Counted from the stretch's first letter, positions 40,177 through 55,270 are shown. The stretch: DNA of 64,000 bases from the human T2T-CHM13v2.0 reference genome, Homo sapiens (GCF_009914755.1 NC_060942.1), one strand, 5' to 3'. Notes: generated from the sequence alone by a model not told the origin. Numbers and translations: made by a program.

Positions 40177-42827
40177 ACCTACTAAAACTGTATTCTACAT
40201 ATTTGAAAAGTTAAGGAGAGACAGGCAAAAAAACTCATAAAAGTAAAAACTGAAAATGCTGATATAAAAAATACATTCAATGAGATTAACAACAGATTAC
40301 ACATTGCAGAAGAAAGATCAACAAACCTAGTAATATAGCAATAGAACCTATCCAAAATAAGCATAGAGAAAAAAATTTAAAAATTAACACAGCATCGGTG
40401 AGATATAAGACAACTTCAAGTGGCCTAAGATATATGTAATTGGAATTTATGAAAGGAGTAGGGGAGAAGAGAAAATATTTGGAGAATAATGGCTGTAAAT
40501 TTTCTATATTTGGTGAAAAGTTAAAAACCACAGATCCACAAAACTCAATAATCCTAAGCTCTAGAAACATGGGGGAAGAAAGGGAAACTAGACTGAGTCA
40601 CATCATAATCAAAATTCTCAATACCAGTAATACAGAAAAGATTTTAAAAACAGCTATGGTAAAAGACAAGCTATGTACAAAGAAACAAATATAATGATGG
40701 CAGCAGATTTATTGTCAAAAACAATGAAGGCAGGAAAATAGTCGAAAGACATCTTTAAAATTCCAAAAGACCAAAAAAAAAAAAAAAAAGCGCTATCATC
40801 CTGAAAGTCCTCAGAGAGAAAATAATTATTACAACAGCTGGTATTAAGAAACGCATTGTATTTCTAACTGTAGCATCTGATGTTAGCAGGCAATGGATTG
40901 TTGTCCTCAATGTTCACACAGAAAATGATTTCTAATCTTAAGTTCTTTACCAAAACTACCTATCAATTTTGGGAAAAAAGATATTTTCAGAGTACAAGAT
41001 CTCAGAACATTACTTCCCATATTGTTTTCAGGAACTCACTGGTGCATTTACTGTACTATAATCTGATAAAAGGAAAAAATGGATCAGCAAACAGAGGATT
41101 CAACACAGGAGGAAAAAAGAGAATTCCAAGAAAATGTTAGTAGAAAGTCGTAGAGAATGTGTACAAATCTAGAGAGCTACAAATGCAGGCTCCGGTTTTT
41201 TAAAATTTACTGATAATTACCTTCCAAGTCAAGAAAAAATTGTATCGAAGATTCTGGAGTTAAATTAGGAGAAAAAGGCATGTAAGTAAGGTAGTTATTA
41301 ATTCCAATGAAACCAGATAGTTATACAAGAAATTATTATGTAATTGTAACATACTACCTTGCTCAGCAGCAAGTAAGATTTAAAGTCCTAATATGGAACA
41401 TTATTAGTTTAACAAAAGTATTATGTAATTACATTGGGACAATGTAAGTGACTGTGTACATGCATTTAATACTGCCGTTGCATAATATGCGAAGATGAAT
41501 GGTGAAGTTCATGCTAGCAATTTACATTTTTAATTTTTCTTTCTATAAAATGCCATTGAATAACCAAAATAAAATACCAGAAGTTGAGAGAGCACAGAAG
41601 AAAGAACAACAGCTTCTATTTGAGTACCCTTAACAGCCTTTTTTTCCTTCTTTTAGAAAAAGAGGCCCATATTTTCATTTTGCTAAGGTTCCTACCAGTT
41701 ATGTAGCTGGCCCTACTCCAAGAATCAAGAGTTGAGGGTGTATGGAAGGTAGGAAAAGGGGAATCTTTTGTTTTCTATATAATTTCACTTTTTAAAAAAT
41801 AAAAAAATATGTGTTGCTTTGCTAGGAAAAAACTTTAAATTAAAATAATAACAGTGATAGGTACAATTCGCCAAGAGCTTACTTGGCAGAGGAACCATGT
41901 GTGAAAATGATATGAGGTGATGCATACAGTGAGTTTTGAGAACCAAAATAGCTTAGACATGCCAGAGGATAGAGATATGACTAGTGCATAGACCGAACAT
42001 GCAGAACAGATCGTGGTGTCATGATCCATGTTCAGCAGCTTGGATTGAATTGTTCAAGTTATGGGGAAATATTGAAGACTTGTGAAACAGGCCAGTTTTT
42101 ACCTAGAGCAGATTCAATCACACAGTAGTCATGGAAACCCTACAGAAGACAGTTTACTCTTCTGATGTTAGGTTCTCTCTAATAATTGTACTACATGATA
42201 ATGATTAGAAAATGAGATGTTTGAATGCACCATTGAAATAAATTGCAAATGAGTTTATCAGGATTTGTTTTAAAGTCACGTGGAAAACGTTGTATCAAAG
42301 TCATCAAATTTTACCACAATGCTGTCACAATCAAAATAGAAAGAACATGCTAGTTTTGTAAAGAAAAAATTGAGGAATTTTTTTTCTTAAGTGATTATTT
42401 TTACTTTCCTTACATAGCACCTTATTTTATTCCAGTTACTTTATAGAAAAGTAGCCATAAAAAGCTTTCAGATCTTTCTCCCATATCACACTACTATTTT
42501 AAGTTCACCCACAGAAAAGGGAATTTATTTCCATTTTGTAAATGTCTTGGGATCTTCTTAAGCAAACTGATTGTTACCTAAATGCAATAGCATTTTTGCA
42601 TATGGTGAAAAGAACTAGAAGACAGTTATTTAACTCTACTGAGAAATCAAAATTTCTAGAAATGATAAACAACTGTAGAGGCAAAGGTAAGGCTACACTT
42701 TTTTTAGTTGAATCGGGAGTGATGAAAATCATCAATGAACCTCTAAAGAACAGAAAAAATGCAAATGTACCCAATGCTCCCTCAATGATGTGCCAAAAAT
42801 GTATTTACAATGTTAAACTATTCTTAC

Positions 42828-42854
42828 AATTTGAAAGCATAAAAAGTGTATAAG
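42828..42854 (-). CDS. Candidate 27-nt frame-preserving microexon, (S)LYTFYAFK(L)
   Basis: tgcatgttatttcttccattttctgtttgcag|CTTATACACTTTTTATGCTTTCAAATT|gtaaga. Open in phase 2-2 between the 7-nt and 41-nt exons. Confidence 0.4.
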
Positions 42855-42990
42855 CTGCAAACAGAAAATGGAAGAAATAACATGCAGTCACAAATTTGTG
42901 GATTTTTCCTCTTTTAATAACTGACAAAAGCTTTTTGATCAAGTGGATTCTGTTGACAAAGACTTTTCTGCAGCTGATGGAAGCTCTTAC

Positions 42991-42997
42991 CTGGAAG
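42991..42997 (-). CDS. Candidate 7-nt microexon CTTCCAG, encoding (A)S(R)
   Basis: tttttctgtttcatag|CTTCCAG|gtaagag. Converts phase 1 to phase 2, as needed to join the 61-nt and 41-nt exons in frame. Confidence 0.55.
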
Positions 42998-44204
42998 CTA
43001 TGAAACAGAAAAACTATTCATAAACATTGCTTTGAATGTCAGTTTTTCTATATTATGCAAGTTTAGGGGCTTGAAATATACAAATATGTGTGAGATAAAA
43101 GATACAATGTAATATATACTCTAGCAAATGGTAATTTATTGCCATTATTATCGCTAAATAGCATATTCTTGGGGAATACATTGCTCCCTATTCAGAAGTT
43201 ATGCTAACTGGTTCTATGCCATTTTTTTCTAATAAAAATTATTATTTACAATATAAATTTCTCTTAAAACAACACATGCAACCAGTTTAACCTGGGAATT
43301 TTCCCTATTAATTTACACATAGTGCTTGAAACATACATTATTTAGTTCAATACCAGTAAATCGGCTAAGAAAAAGATAGAAGAAACTTTTTATGGTTAAA
43401 GAAAAGGAAGACCTAAGGTGAAACTCAGTAGCTTGTTAAAATTCATAGGTCTTTAGGAAAAACTAATTATATCAGATTTTAACCATGTTTCATAAGGGGC
43501 AGGTTTCTCTTTCCGTTCATTAACTTAACCGGCAAAGTAGAAGTTTTAAGTGGCCTTTCGCCTTTTGATATGGGGTTGCAGCTTTAGCAACAGCCTTTCA
43601 AAACAGAAAAATAATTTAATAGACAATCAAGATTCTAAAGGTTCTTTAGAAAAAAAATACAGGCCTTTTGTGTTAAAAAAAAAGTTTATACTTTGGCGAA
43701 GGGGAGACTTTGAAACCAAATAATAAATATTTGACAATCAATTGCTTTATGGAAGAGAGTCTGGCCAGGAGTCAGCAACTAGGATACTCTTGGGAGGTGA
43801 CTCCTATAATGGGATTGTTTTCTTCTTTGCTGGCATGTGTTGGACTGGTGTTAATAATACCAGTGTGGGAAAGCAGGGTATAGGGATGATAGAGATTAAA
43901 ACCCCATGATTATGCTGCAAATACAACATTTAAATGTTTGTCAGAAAAGTTCTTATTAAAATGAGCAGTTACACACCATATAAGAAAGTACACAGACATG
44001 ATTATCAGAATTTTATGGGTTATGTGTAAAGAGCTTTAAGTTCTTCAGTCCTTTTTTTTAAAAAAATTGTAACCTAACATAGGAAATCCTCAGAAAAGAA
44101 GTTAATAGGAATATTAAAAGAAATTGTAAGTTCCTGGCATTGTCATGGCTCTTCCAGGGGCAGAAGAGGTGAAAACGTAGCCATGCTTGGGTAAATATGT
44201 ACTT

Positions 44205-44265
44205 CGGCTGTCTCCAACGTTTTTGGCACCAGGGACTGGTTTCATGGAAGACATTTTTTCTGCAG

Positions 44266-44306
<41 letters not shown>

Positions 44307-44571
44307 GGCAGTGGGGGAGGGGTTGGGGATGATTCAAGAACATTACATTTATCATTAGATTCTCATAAGGAGCATGCAACCTAGATCCCTCACATGCACA
44401 GTTCACAATAGGGTTTGCACTCCCATGAGAATCTCATGCTGCCACTGAACTGACAGGAGGCGGAGCTCAGGCACTAATGCTTGCTCACCTGCCACTCACT
44501 TCCTGCTGTGCATTGGTTCTTAACAGGCCATGGACCGTACCAGCCCATGGCCCAGTGGTTGGGGACCCCTG
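44205..44571 (+). mobile_element. MER1B (hAT-Charlie) with an internal (TG)n
   Basis: MER1B sequence with terminal inverted repeats. 8-bp TSD atgtactt (44197-44204) / atgcactt (44572-44579); (TG)n at about 44269-44305. Confidence 0.93.
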
Positions 44572-45569
44572 ATGCACTTGACTTTTTATCTGGATGTTTC
44601 TGGTATAATTGACGGTGGAATATCTTAGGATTTCTCATCTCTTTATTTCCCTTCATGCTCCATGGATCGTTCCTTCTTTCATTCATAAAGAGTTAGTATT
44701 TGGCCTATTGATATTCAAAAAATGCTACTCTGTCCCCGCCATGGATACATCAGCTTCCAGGGAAGCATGGGGGATTATGCTGCAAATAATTTGAATTTAA
44801 CAAGGTAAAGATGGTGAGTAGCAAATAGTGATCAATTCCTTGGTCACTACCTCTCTATGCGGAAAATCTAGGGTCACAAAATTGGGCAGGATACGCTTTT
44901 GTATATCCTATTCTCCTCTCCAGCTATGGAGTCCTTTTTTTTTTTCTTTAAATCTTATCCTTAAAGCTTCCATTTCTCTTTGGTTTATGATTAAATCTCC
45001 CATTGAAAGTCATTTATTTTGCTTTGGATGATAGATTGCTTGTGGAAAGAAATTGGACTGCATTAATATGTCTACTGTTCCATGTATTGGGAGAATCTTG
45101 TAATCTACAATAAAATGTCACAAATATCAAAGAAATAATATCTGCTATGACAACATTTCTATATCTAAAGTTTACTGTAAGGAAAGACCTTAGAATACTA
45201 CTATTTTATTTTATTGACAAGCACAAAAAACATGAAAACCTAAGTTAATGTATGTTCTATCAGATACATACAGAGCCTTTAAGTAAGGGAAATATAGTGT
45301 TTTTTACTGGTGACATTCACAGTTTGGTGGGGAAAGGGAGCTTCTTATTAAGAATCTCCTAGTCATATAAGCAATTATATGTAGATTTCCATGCTTTCAT
45401 ATAGGATCTTGAGGTAGAGAATTACTATTAACTATTATGGTTTTTGTTTATTTGTTTTAAACAAAGATGACTCCAAATTTTTCCAGGAAAGCAGCAGCTT
45501 TCATAATAACCTAAATCTGTCATTTGTAACCTGGTGCCTTTAAGAGTTGCAAACTCCTAGGATGTGCTA

Positions 45570-45800
45570 TCGCCATAATAAGAACTAACTGTAATTAAAT
45601 GTTTACTACTTGCCAGGAGCTCTCACTATACAAACTCCTTTTATCTCCACAACATCATGGAAGCACTATTGTCATCCCTATCACAGAGATCAGAAGCTGA
45701 GTCAAAAAGAGCTTTGATAAGTCTTCCAAGGTTGGAGCTGGGGTGCAAGTTAGACAATCTCAGTCTTAAGCCTGTGCTCTTAACCACTCTGCTACACTGT
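45570..45800 (-). mobile_element. MIR
   Basis: tttactacttgccagg...ctattgtcatccct...aagcctgtgctcttaaccactctgctacactg. Confidence 0.8.
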
Positions 45801-46523
45801 ACTCTCTCACCTCTTGATGGAACTACCTGACTCGATGGCTCACTCCCCCCTGCCTCTTCTTTTGTTGATAAGAAGGAGTTATTTTATTTGATTTGTATTT
45901 TTGTTTACTATATATCAGTGTTCCTTTGAGCCCATATATCTTGTTTTTCTGTCTGTCCTACTTGGTACTGTTGTGGTGGGTATGTACGACAGTTGGAGGC
46001 ATAGATATTCAAGGTTTCTCAAATCATAGTTTCTCTGTCTCTCTCTTTCTTGTGTTTCACCTTCTGAAACATACATAGGCATTCATGTATACTCGTACTG
46101 TCTTAGTTATTCATAAAATTGATAAAATGTAGATCCTCACACATATACATTATAATGCTTTAAAATCAATTTTTGGGGAATGTATGTGAGAATATGGGGA
46201 AATATTTTCGAAAGACATGTTTTAAGAGGCTAGAGTGACCTTAATTTATGTGTAGATTTTCAGAGAATTTTGAAATAAGAATTTTGTGATAATATCCTGA
46301 CAAAAATCAAAGGATGCCAAATGTTTGCTTAGGCACGGCCTTATAGAGTTGGAGTAACTTGTTGGAATCACAACAATCTAAGACATGATTGTTACTTTTC
46401 ATGTCCAGAAATTCAGTTGTGTCCATGTGCTCAAGGAGAATTCTTCAATGGATTCCAAATACACCAGACTATTGTCTAAATTAAGATACTAAGGGATAAA
46501 TTTCTAGTAAGAATTGTAGTTAC

Positions 46524-46601
46524 CGAACGGACCAGATCTTTCATGTTTAGTGGTCTGAGAATACTTTGTGTACCAATTTATGTTTGAAGACAAATTATAA
46601 G
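46524..46601 (-). CDS. Candidate 78-nt symmetric (phase 1-1) exon, (A)YNLSSNINWYTKYSQTTKHERSGPF
   Basis: acttttgtgtttactgaacaaatttcag|CTTAT...CCGTTCG|gtaact. Open in the frame left by the 61-nt exon, with two retained CpGs; splice sites only moderate. Confidence 0.33.
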
Positions 46602-48308
46602 CTGAAATTTGTTCAGTAAACACAAAAGTGATCAGAGTTAGAAAGGACCAAGAAAACTGATGTGACTTTGTCGTGACATTTTGGTGACTAGCCAAGTTCT
46701 CATTCCTGGGAGAGTCTGGATAGTAATTTTTCTTGTTACTCTCTCCCATACCATGTCATATTTTATGACTGAATGCTTCCTAATATTTTAAATCTCTCTT
46801 ATTAAAAGATTTTTAAAAAGTAGGCAATCTATACTTTTATCAATGCATGAGTATACATGCATGCATAGGTATGTTTCAGAAACTGTTAACTCTACTATCT
46901 ATTATTAACATATTATCTCTACTATATTTAAGTCCTTTGGAGAAGACATTGTGGGAAATATCTCCAGTACATTTGTAGGAAAACCCTTTCTGTGTATGGA
47001 AATGTTTCATTACATTATGGTGCAGAGCTAGACAATAAAAGTGATGAGGATCAGAAATAATATCCAAGACCTTTTATTTTCCTATCACTTCATTTTTGTC
47101 TTTCTACCACTTCAATTTAGTTAAAACTGTCATTCAATGACCATTTGAAAATTATTAGAGGCTTCAAAGCTTTATTGGATTTGGAGCTAATGTGATGCCA
47201 AAAACGTAACTGACAATTGCTCTGAGTATTCATTTCTCTCCCAATTCACAGACAATCAAATTCGTTCCCACCCTGTGAGACCCAGCCATCATCAGTCACT
47301 TTGGTCTATCAAAACAGTCAATCTACATAATAGGAAAATGTAAAAAATTCTGGGGTCAGGAAAGAGCTCTTGTTACTTGAAAGCTACAGAATATTTTATT
47401 AACAAATCAAAGTGACTTCAGCTGTGCGTTCAGCATAGGTTGGAGAAATATTATTGCGCTCTACCCTTCTTCCCAAATGAGGTGGAAAATGGGGTTTTTC
47501 AGGTTAAGCTATCTTTTTGTAAAAACTTTCTTGAAAAAAAAATAGATTCCTACCATCTCACTTTTAAATCTACAACATGAGTGTATTTTTAAATCTGTTA
47601 TTCAAAAAGAGTACAATAAAGTGTTAGACCTGACCCTGCATGCAAGTGTCTATCTTATTTCACTCTCCAAATCAATATAGAAAACAAAATGTCCGTTAAT
47701 ATTTAACAAATAAATAATAAAATTCTTCTAACTCATGCATGCTCACCAACAGTTACCAAAACATAGGGTTAGTTATCTTCTAGAAGTTCTTTTTTGTGTT
47801 TGTTTTTGTAGTGATTTCTAGTAAATAAATTTTAAAGTAAACAAGTTGTTTGAAGATCTGAAGAGGGAAGAACTGCAGGGGAAAAAGATCTTAAACTAAC
47901 TGGGTTTCAGATTTTAAGGAATAAGATTATATATTAGCAAAAATAGAGACATCCGATTTTTAAAAGGATGATGTTAGTGCACTTAACACAGCAGGGCTCA
48001 TACGTGCTCTGAAAGAATTTGTATATATTCACTTATGGATAATAGTGATTATAAAGATAAGGTTTACATATTACTTTCAGGGTTTCATGTCAAAATGAGT
48101 AATTTCAAACTAATTTAGAGTCATTTACAATTTTCACCTAATAATTGATCAGGAACTTTTGACACAAAAAGGACAAACTCAGTGAGTTAAGCTCAACAGA
48201 GCCAAGAAAGTTGAAATGTACTAAAAACTGTCTAAGGAAAGCAGGTACAGTTTGGGTATCATAGACACAGATAACATTGAGTAAAACTGTGTTTAAGAGA
48301 AGGGAACA

Positions 48309-48620
48309 GGCTGGGCGCGGTGGCTCATGCCTGTAATCCCAGCACTTTGGGAGGCTGAAGCAGGTAGATCACGAGGCCAGGAGTTCAAGACCAGCCTGAA
48401 CAAGATGGTGAAACCCTTTTCTACTAAAAATACAAAAAAAAAAAAAAATTAGCTAGGCATGGTGGTGGGCGCCTGTAATCCCAGCTATTCATGAGGCTGA
48501 GGCAGAGAATTGCTTGAACCCAGGATGCAGAGGTTGCAGTGAGCCGAGATCACGCCACTGCACTCCAGCCTGGGTGACAGAGTGAGACTCCATCTCAAAA
48601 AAAAAAAAAAAAAAAAAAAA
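48309..48620 (+). mobile_element. AluSx3/Sg-like
   Basis: Full Alu with a long A-tail; imperfect TSD aagagaagggaaca / aagaaaagggacca. Confidence 0.96.
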
Positions 48621-49079
48621 GAAAAGGGACCAAAAGGAAAACTCTGGCATGGATCTATTCATAAGAAGGATATTTTAGATTCGCTTAGGTAATGACTTAT
48701 TTTTTGCAAGCCTAAAGAAGAAAACAATTAGTACAAAAACTTCATGACGTTGTGGTTCTCAGCAGGAATAGATAATAAAGCATTAGGGTAAAGCAGAAAA
48801 TGAACCCGTGGCTCTAAAATGAGTTCAGTCTCTGTGCACATTTTTTGACGAGCTCTAGTTAATATCTTTTTAAGCATAATTTAAAGCAGGACCCTTATGG
48901 AAAATGGAAGAAACATACTAAGTGGCTCATCGAATATAAAAAGCACAGATTCCCGGTGCCAAGCAAATAAAATCTAAGGGCTATGTTCTTGTCTCCCTGC
49001 AAACCCCTCCACTTGTCAGAGGTCCTGGGGAGTGATTACTTTCTTCTCAACAGATAGCATTCCCTTTCTCCTTTTAGGT

Positions 49080-49790
49080 TTCCTCTCTCCTTTCTGATGT
49101 TCTTTGATCTATCTCCATATTCAGTTTTCTATCTGCTGTTATATTCTTTTCATCTTAAACTTTTTAACTTGTGTTGTAGATGTAATGATAATTTTTTCAG
49201 TTGCTATCTAGCTGAAATTGTCCTTATTTCCACCTTTATTTTGTTAAATCATTGCATAATTTACATTAATACATTTCAACCCATTTACTACATGTAATTG
49301 GGCATTCCTCAACTTTTGCTAGGTCTTTAGGTGGGAGTTGATTCAATCTAAGCAAAAATTCATCTACATTTTGATTTTGTTGCTGCTTTTGTTACCCTCA
49401 GTTTATCACACGGTTCAACTGTATCCACTTTTATCTTGTGTTGATAACGGGGCTCATTCGTCAGATGATTTTTCTCCATCTGAGTTCCACCCTTAGCTTT
49501 AGGTCTTCTCATTGCACCTGGGCCTCAGAAAAAGTCTCCACATGCTCTTTCTGTTGTCCCATGAGTAGACAAGTGTTACTGTTACACAACACCTGTAAGC
49601 CTAGTGGTAGTCGTGACGTGTATTCTGTTGTTCTGTTTAAGCCTCCGTCTTAAGCAGGCATTGGGTCTCTGGGACTCAGGAATGAGGCTTTCTTAGAGAT
49701 TCTGTCCTTCCTTCAGTTGAAGGAAAACTAGTGGTATGTCCCAGGATGGTTTCTTCTCTTATCTGTGTCCCTGAGACATAGAGCTTTATT
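49080..49790 (-). mobile_element. Old L1/HAL1-like fragment
   Basis: T-rich degenerate reverse LINE-like sequence. Confidence 0.4.
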
Positions 49791-49819
49791 TTTCTGCTCC
49801 CCATCTCTAGTAAACATTC

Positions 49820-51250
49820 CAAAATATTTTGAAATCAGCATATTTTTATATAAGCTATAGGCCAAAAGATAAATTGCAATGGATTTTTAGAATATTTTAA
49901 AGCGAGTGGTAATAAAATATTATATGTCAAAATGAAAAAAAAGGCAACAAAAGCAATGCTTGGGAGCACTTCATAGCCATGAATGCATGTGTTAGGAAAG
50001 AAGAAAGGACAAGAATCTATGTGTATCTGAAAAAGTTATTTTTTAAAATTAAAATGAAGAAAGTACAAGGAGGGAAAAATGTAAGAGCATAAATCTTTGA
50101 AACAGAAAATATGTGTAAAATAAAGAAAATCAACTAAACTAAATATTGGCTCATATTCGTGGCTAATAAAAATTGATAAACTCCTTGAACACCTGATAAA
50201 AAAGAAAGAAATTGACCAACTAATACCAAATTGCAAATGATAAAGGAGACATCACCATAAATTTAAAAGACATAAAAACATATAGTATGTTATCTTATGC
50301 TATAAATTTGACAATTTAGATAAAATGGGCAAATCCCAAGAAGTGCAAAACTTACTTAAATTGATTCACAAAGAAAAAAAAGTAATTTTTTTAACTATTA
50401 AATAAATAGAATTCATCATTGAAAACTGTCACCTAGTAATATCTCTAGGATGGATGATGGTTGTAGTAGTAAGTCTTCCAAATATTTATGGAATATATAA
50501 AATTATATTACAAACTTGTCCAAAGAATTAAAAAAGGAGGAAATACTACTGACCTTGCTTTATAAGATTGCCCCAACTTATTTTCAAACGAAAATTTTAG
50601 GCCAATTATTCTGATGAACATAGAGGATAATTCTAAGTAAACTAGTAATTGAATTTTTAGAAAATAAAATTCAAAAAGTTTATATATTAAGCTGAATTAA
50701 AATTATGTTAAAAATTGAATGGTTTTCATAATTGAAAAATTAATGTAATTTATCACATATATAGAATAAATTAAAAAATTAATATGAATATATCCATAGA
50801 CATAGAATAAAAATTTTGTAACAATTAAATATCTATTTATAATTTAAAACTTCCTGACACCATCAGGAAGCTGCTTAATTTAATAAAGTATATAAAAATA
50901 ATAAATAATAAATATATAACGAATAAAGTATATCAAAAATAACTAAATATATAATAATGAATAATAAAGTATATCAACATAATAAATTATAAATTATAGT
51001 AATAAGTAATAAATACAAATAAGAAAGTATGTCTAAAAAAGAAAGCATGACACTTAAGGATGAAATATTAAAAACTTTCTACCTGAGGTTCTGAACAACA
51101 CAAGTTGCCCACACTTACTACTTCTGTTTCTTTGAGATTATAGCTGGTAAAATAAGGCCAATTTTCTTTTTTTAAAAAATATATATATGTAAGTTGGAAA
51201 AGCAGAAATAAAACTTTCATTTTACATGCATAGTGACTTCCTCCCAAAGA
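49820..51250 (+). mobile_element. Old L1 ORF2 fragment (L1M5/ME-like)
   Basis: aataaaattgataaactcctt...aaaggagacatcacc...aaatttgacaatttagataaaatgg are L1 ORF2 motifs. Confidence 0.7.
50880..51030. repeat. AT-rich degenerate tandem repeat (aataaagtatat units)
   Basis: Three copies of aataaagtatat in nearly pure A/T sequence. Confidence 0.75.
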
Positions 51251-51254
51251 GTAC

Positions 51255-52100
51255 AAGATGAAAAGAGAAATAAAAGAATAACTCTACCAATGCAAAAACA
51301 TGACAAACACTATTTCAGCCATGTGATTGAGGTCAATATGAAGTCAAAACTTATATAGAGAATATGTACCCTTAATTTAATATGATAAAAATGTCATGTA
51401 TAACTTTATGGCCTTCCTCTGCAAATCTATAACCTTGTTCTAGTCATGAGGAAATTATCAGACAAATTCCAATATAGAGACAGCCTACAAAATACACTGT
51501 GCCTTGAAATTATTAAGACCATCAACGACAAGGAAAGGCTAAGGAAACTGTTGGAGCCTAGAGGAGCCTAAGGGGTCACAATTACTAGATGTAATGTGTG
51601 TGGTATTTGGGATGAGATCCAGAAAGAGATAAAGGATATTAGGTATAAACTAAGTAAACTATAGACTCACATTCATACTAATGTATCAATATTGGTTCAT
51701 TAATTGTGACAAATGTACCATAGTAAAGTAAGATATTAATAATTGGAGAAATGGTGTAGGCCAGGGGTGTCTAGTCTTTTGGCTTCCCTGGGCCACACTG
51801 GAAGAAGAATTGCCTTGGGCCACACATAAATTACACTAAAACTGATGAGCTAAAAAACTGATAGCTGATGAGCTAAAAAAAAAAAAAAGAAAGAAAGAAA
51901 GAAAAAAAAATCACAAAAAACCTTCAAAGTTTTAAGAAAGTTTATAAATTTGTCTTGGGCTGCATTCAAAGCTGTCCTGGGCCGCATGAGGCCCATGGGT
52001 CACGGGTTGGACAAGCTTGGTGTAAGCTATATAAGAACTCTCTGCTTTATCTTAACATTTTTTTCTGTAAATCTAAAATTATTGTAAAATAAAAAGTTTA
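51255..52100 (+). mobile_element. L1MC-type 3'UTR interrupted by MER30
   Basis: atcagacaaattccaa...caaggaaaggctaaggaaactg...atgtatcaatattggttcattaattgtgacaaatgtacc...tctaaaattattgtaaaataaaaagttta. Confidence 0.8.
51762..52019 (+). mobile_element. MER30 (hAT-Charlie)
   Basis: caggggtgtc...ggttggacaagcttg. 8-bp TSD gtgtaggc (51754-51761) / gtgtaagc (52020-52027). Confidence 0.92.
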
Positions 52101-52394
52101 GGCCGGGCATGGTGGCTCATGGCTGTAATCCTAGCACTTTGGTAGGTGGAGGCAGGCGGATCACTTGAGGCCAGGACTTAGAGGCCAGCCTGGCCAGCAT
52201 GACGGAACCCTCTCTCTACTAAAAAAGTACAAAAATTAGCTGGGTGTGGTGTTGCACACCTTTATTCCTAGCTACTCAGGAGGCTGACACATGAGAATTG
52301 CTTGAGCCCCAGGAGGCAGAGGTTTCAGTGAACCAAGATTGTGCCACTGCACTCCAGCTTGGGTGTCAGAAAGAGACTTTGTCTCAAAAAAAAA
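52101..52394 (+). mobile_element. AluSz/Jb-like
   Basis: Full dimeric Alu with an A-tail. Confidence 0.95.
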
Positions 52395-52566
52395 TTATAG
52401 ATCGTTAAGTACATATATGTAAATTTTACTTAGAAAATTATGTACTGAAAAGTTTTCTTTCTAAAGGTAGAGACATTTCTTCCAAAGTAAGTGCTATAAG
52501 TATAGTTGCTCTTGATGTAAAGTATACAGTATAAATAAAACTGAAGACTCATGAGATTGCTCATAC

Positions 52567-52627
52567 CACAGTCCCCAAAGGTCTGAGTTAGACTTGGTAC
52601 ATATTCACGACGCGTCATGAAAAATTC
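52567..52627 (-). CDS. Candidate 61-nt internal coding exon, EFFMTRREYVPSLTQTFGDC
   Basis: ttttactttttcctcaaaaacag|GAATTT...TGTG|gtatga. Single open frame (phase 0 to 1), with three clustered CpGs (ACG CGT CGT) in CpG-depleted DNA, consistent with coding constraint. Confidence 0.62.
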
Positions 52628-53449
52628 CTGTTTTTGAGGAAAAAGTAAAATTAATTGTCCATCACACTTTGGACTGTTGCAAATAGAATGCAGTCTCCAA
52701 CTGGTAAGAAAACCATTTATATCAAGCTCGTAAGAGCTGGTTTTTTAAAATGGGTTGCAGTAACAGATTTCATTGTTCATCCTTTGGGAGTCTATTTATA
52801 ACATTATTTATATGCCAATTTGATGGTGTTCTTTCATCATAAAGCCTACTTAATTTAAAGTTAATTGGGTCATAAAACAAAATACAAACCAAAGGGAAAA
52901 GCTTGTTATATTTAGGGGTGAAGTTATTTTCTAGTAGGTGTTGGTAGAGAAAATTGTTGGCTGTAGAAAGTTCAAGCACAAATTGAAGCAAGACCTTTTT
53001 CTGACATTTATGAAACATAAATGTTACATAGGTTGCAATGAAAATTTAATGAAGACATGTAGAATTGCTTCAAAGATTAACAAACTGACATTACTTTGAA
53101 TAATAAAAAATTACCTATGGTCCTTGGCCAATGTAGTGCATATAGCTATGCATTTCTTAATTTTTAAATTTTTATTCTTTAACTTTCAATCTAAAGATAA
53201 CGCATGCTTACTGCTATCTACCATTACTATATAACTGCTACAAAACTATTTTCCTACATAAAAATGTAGCACATCATATTTGTTTACATCTTAAGACAAA
53301 ATATAATTAGTTATTGGATAGGGAAGGAAATCTCATGGCCCCTTAGAGTTTCCATTTTCCTCTCTACAAGTGGAGAATGTTTGAGAGGACATTTTGGGTC
53401 TCTCGGTTCCCCTCACAAGAGAAGTGAGTCATCACGAATCCAAGTTAAT

Positions 53450-55270
<1,821 letters not shown>

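Larger units (their letters stand above)
38725..41430 (+). mobile_element. Nested old LINEs: HAL1-like fragments around an L1ME-type 5'UTR/ORF1, interrupted by an AluJ
   Basis: L1ME 5' motifs from about 38935 and ORF1-like residues at 40440-40694 (HIIIKILNT...EKILK). Confidence 0.65.

Noticed and set aside
47377-47383. Second 7-nt microexon look-alike (ctgtag|CTTTCAA|gtaaca)
   Set aside because: Poor pyrimidine tract and weak donor lacking +5 G; probably a chance resemblance.
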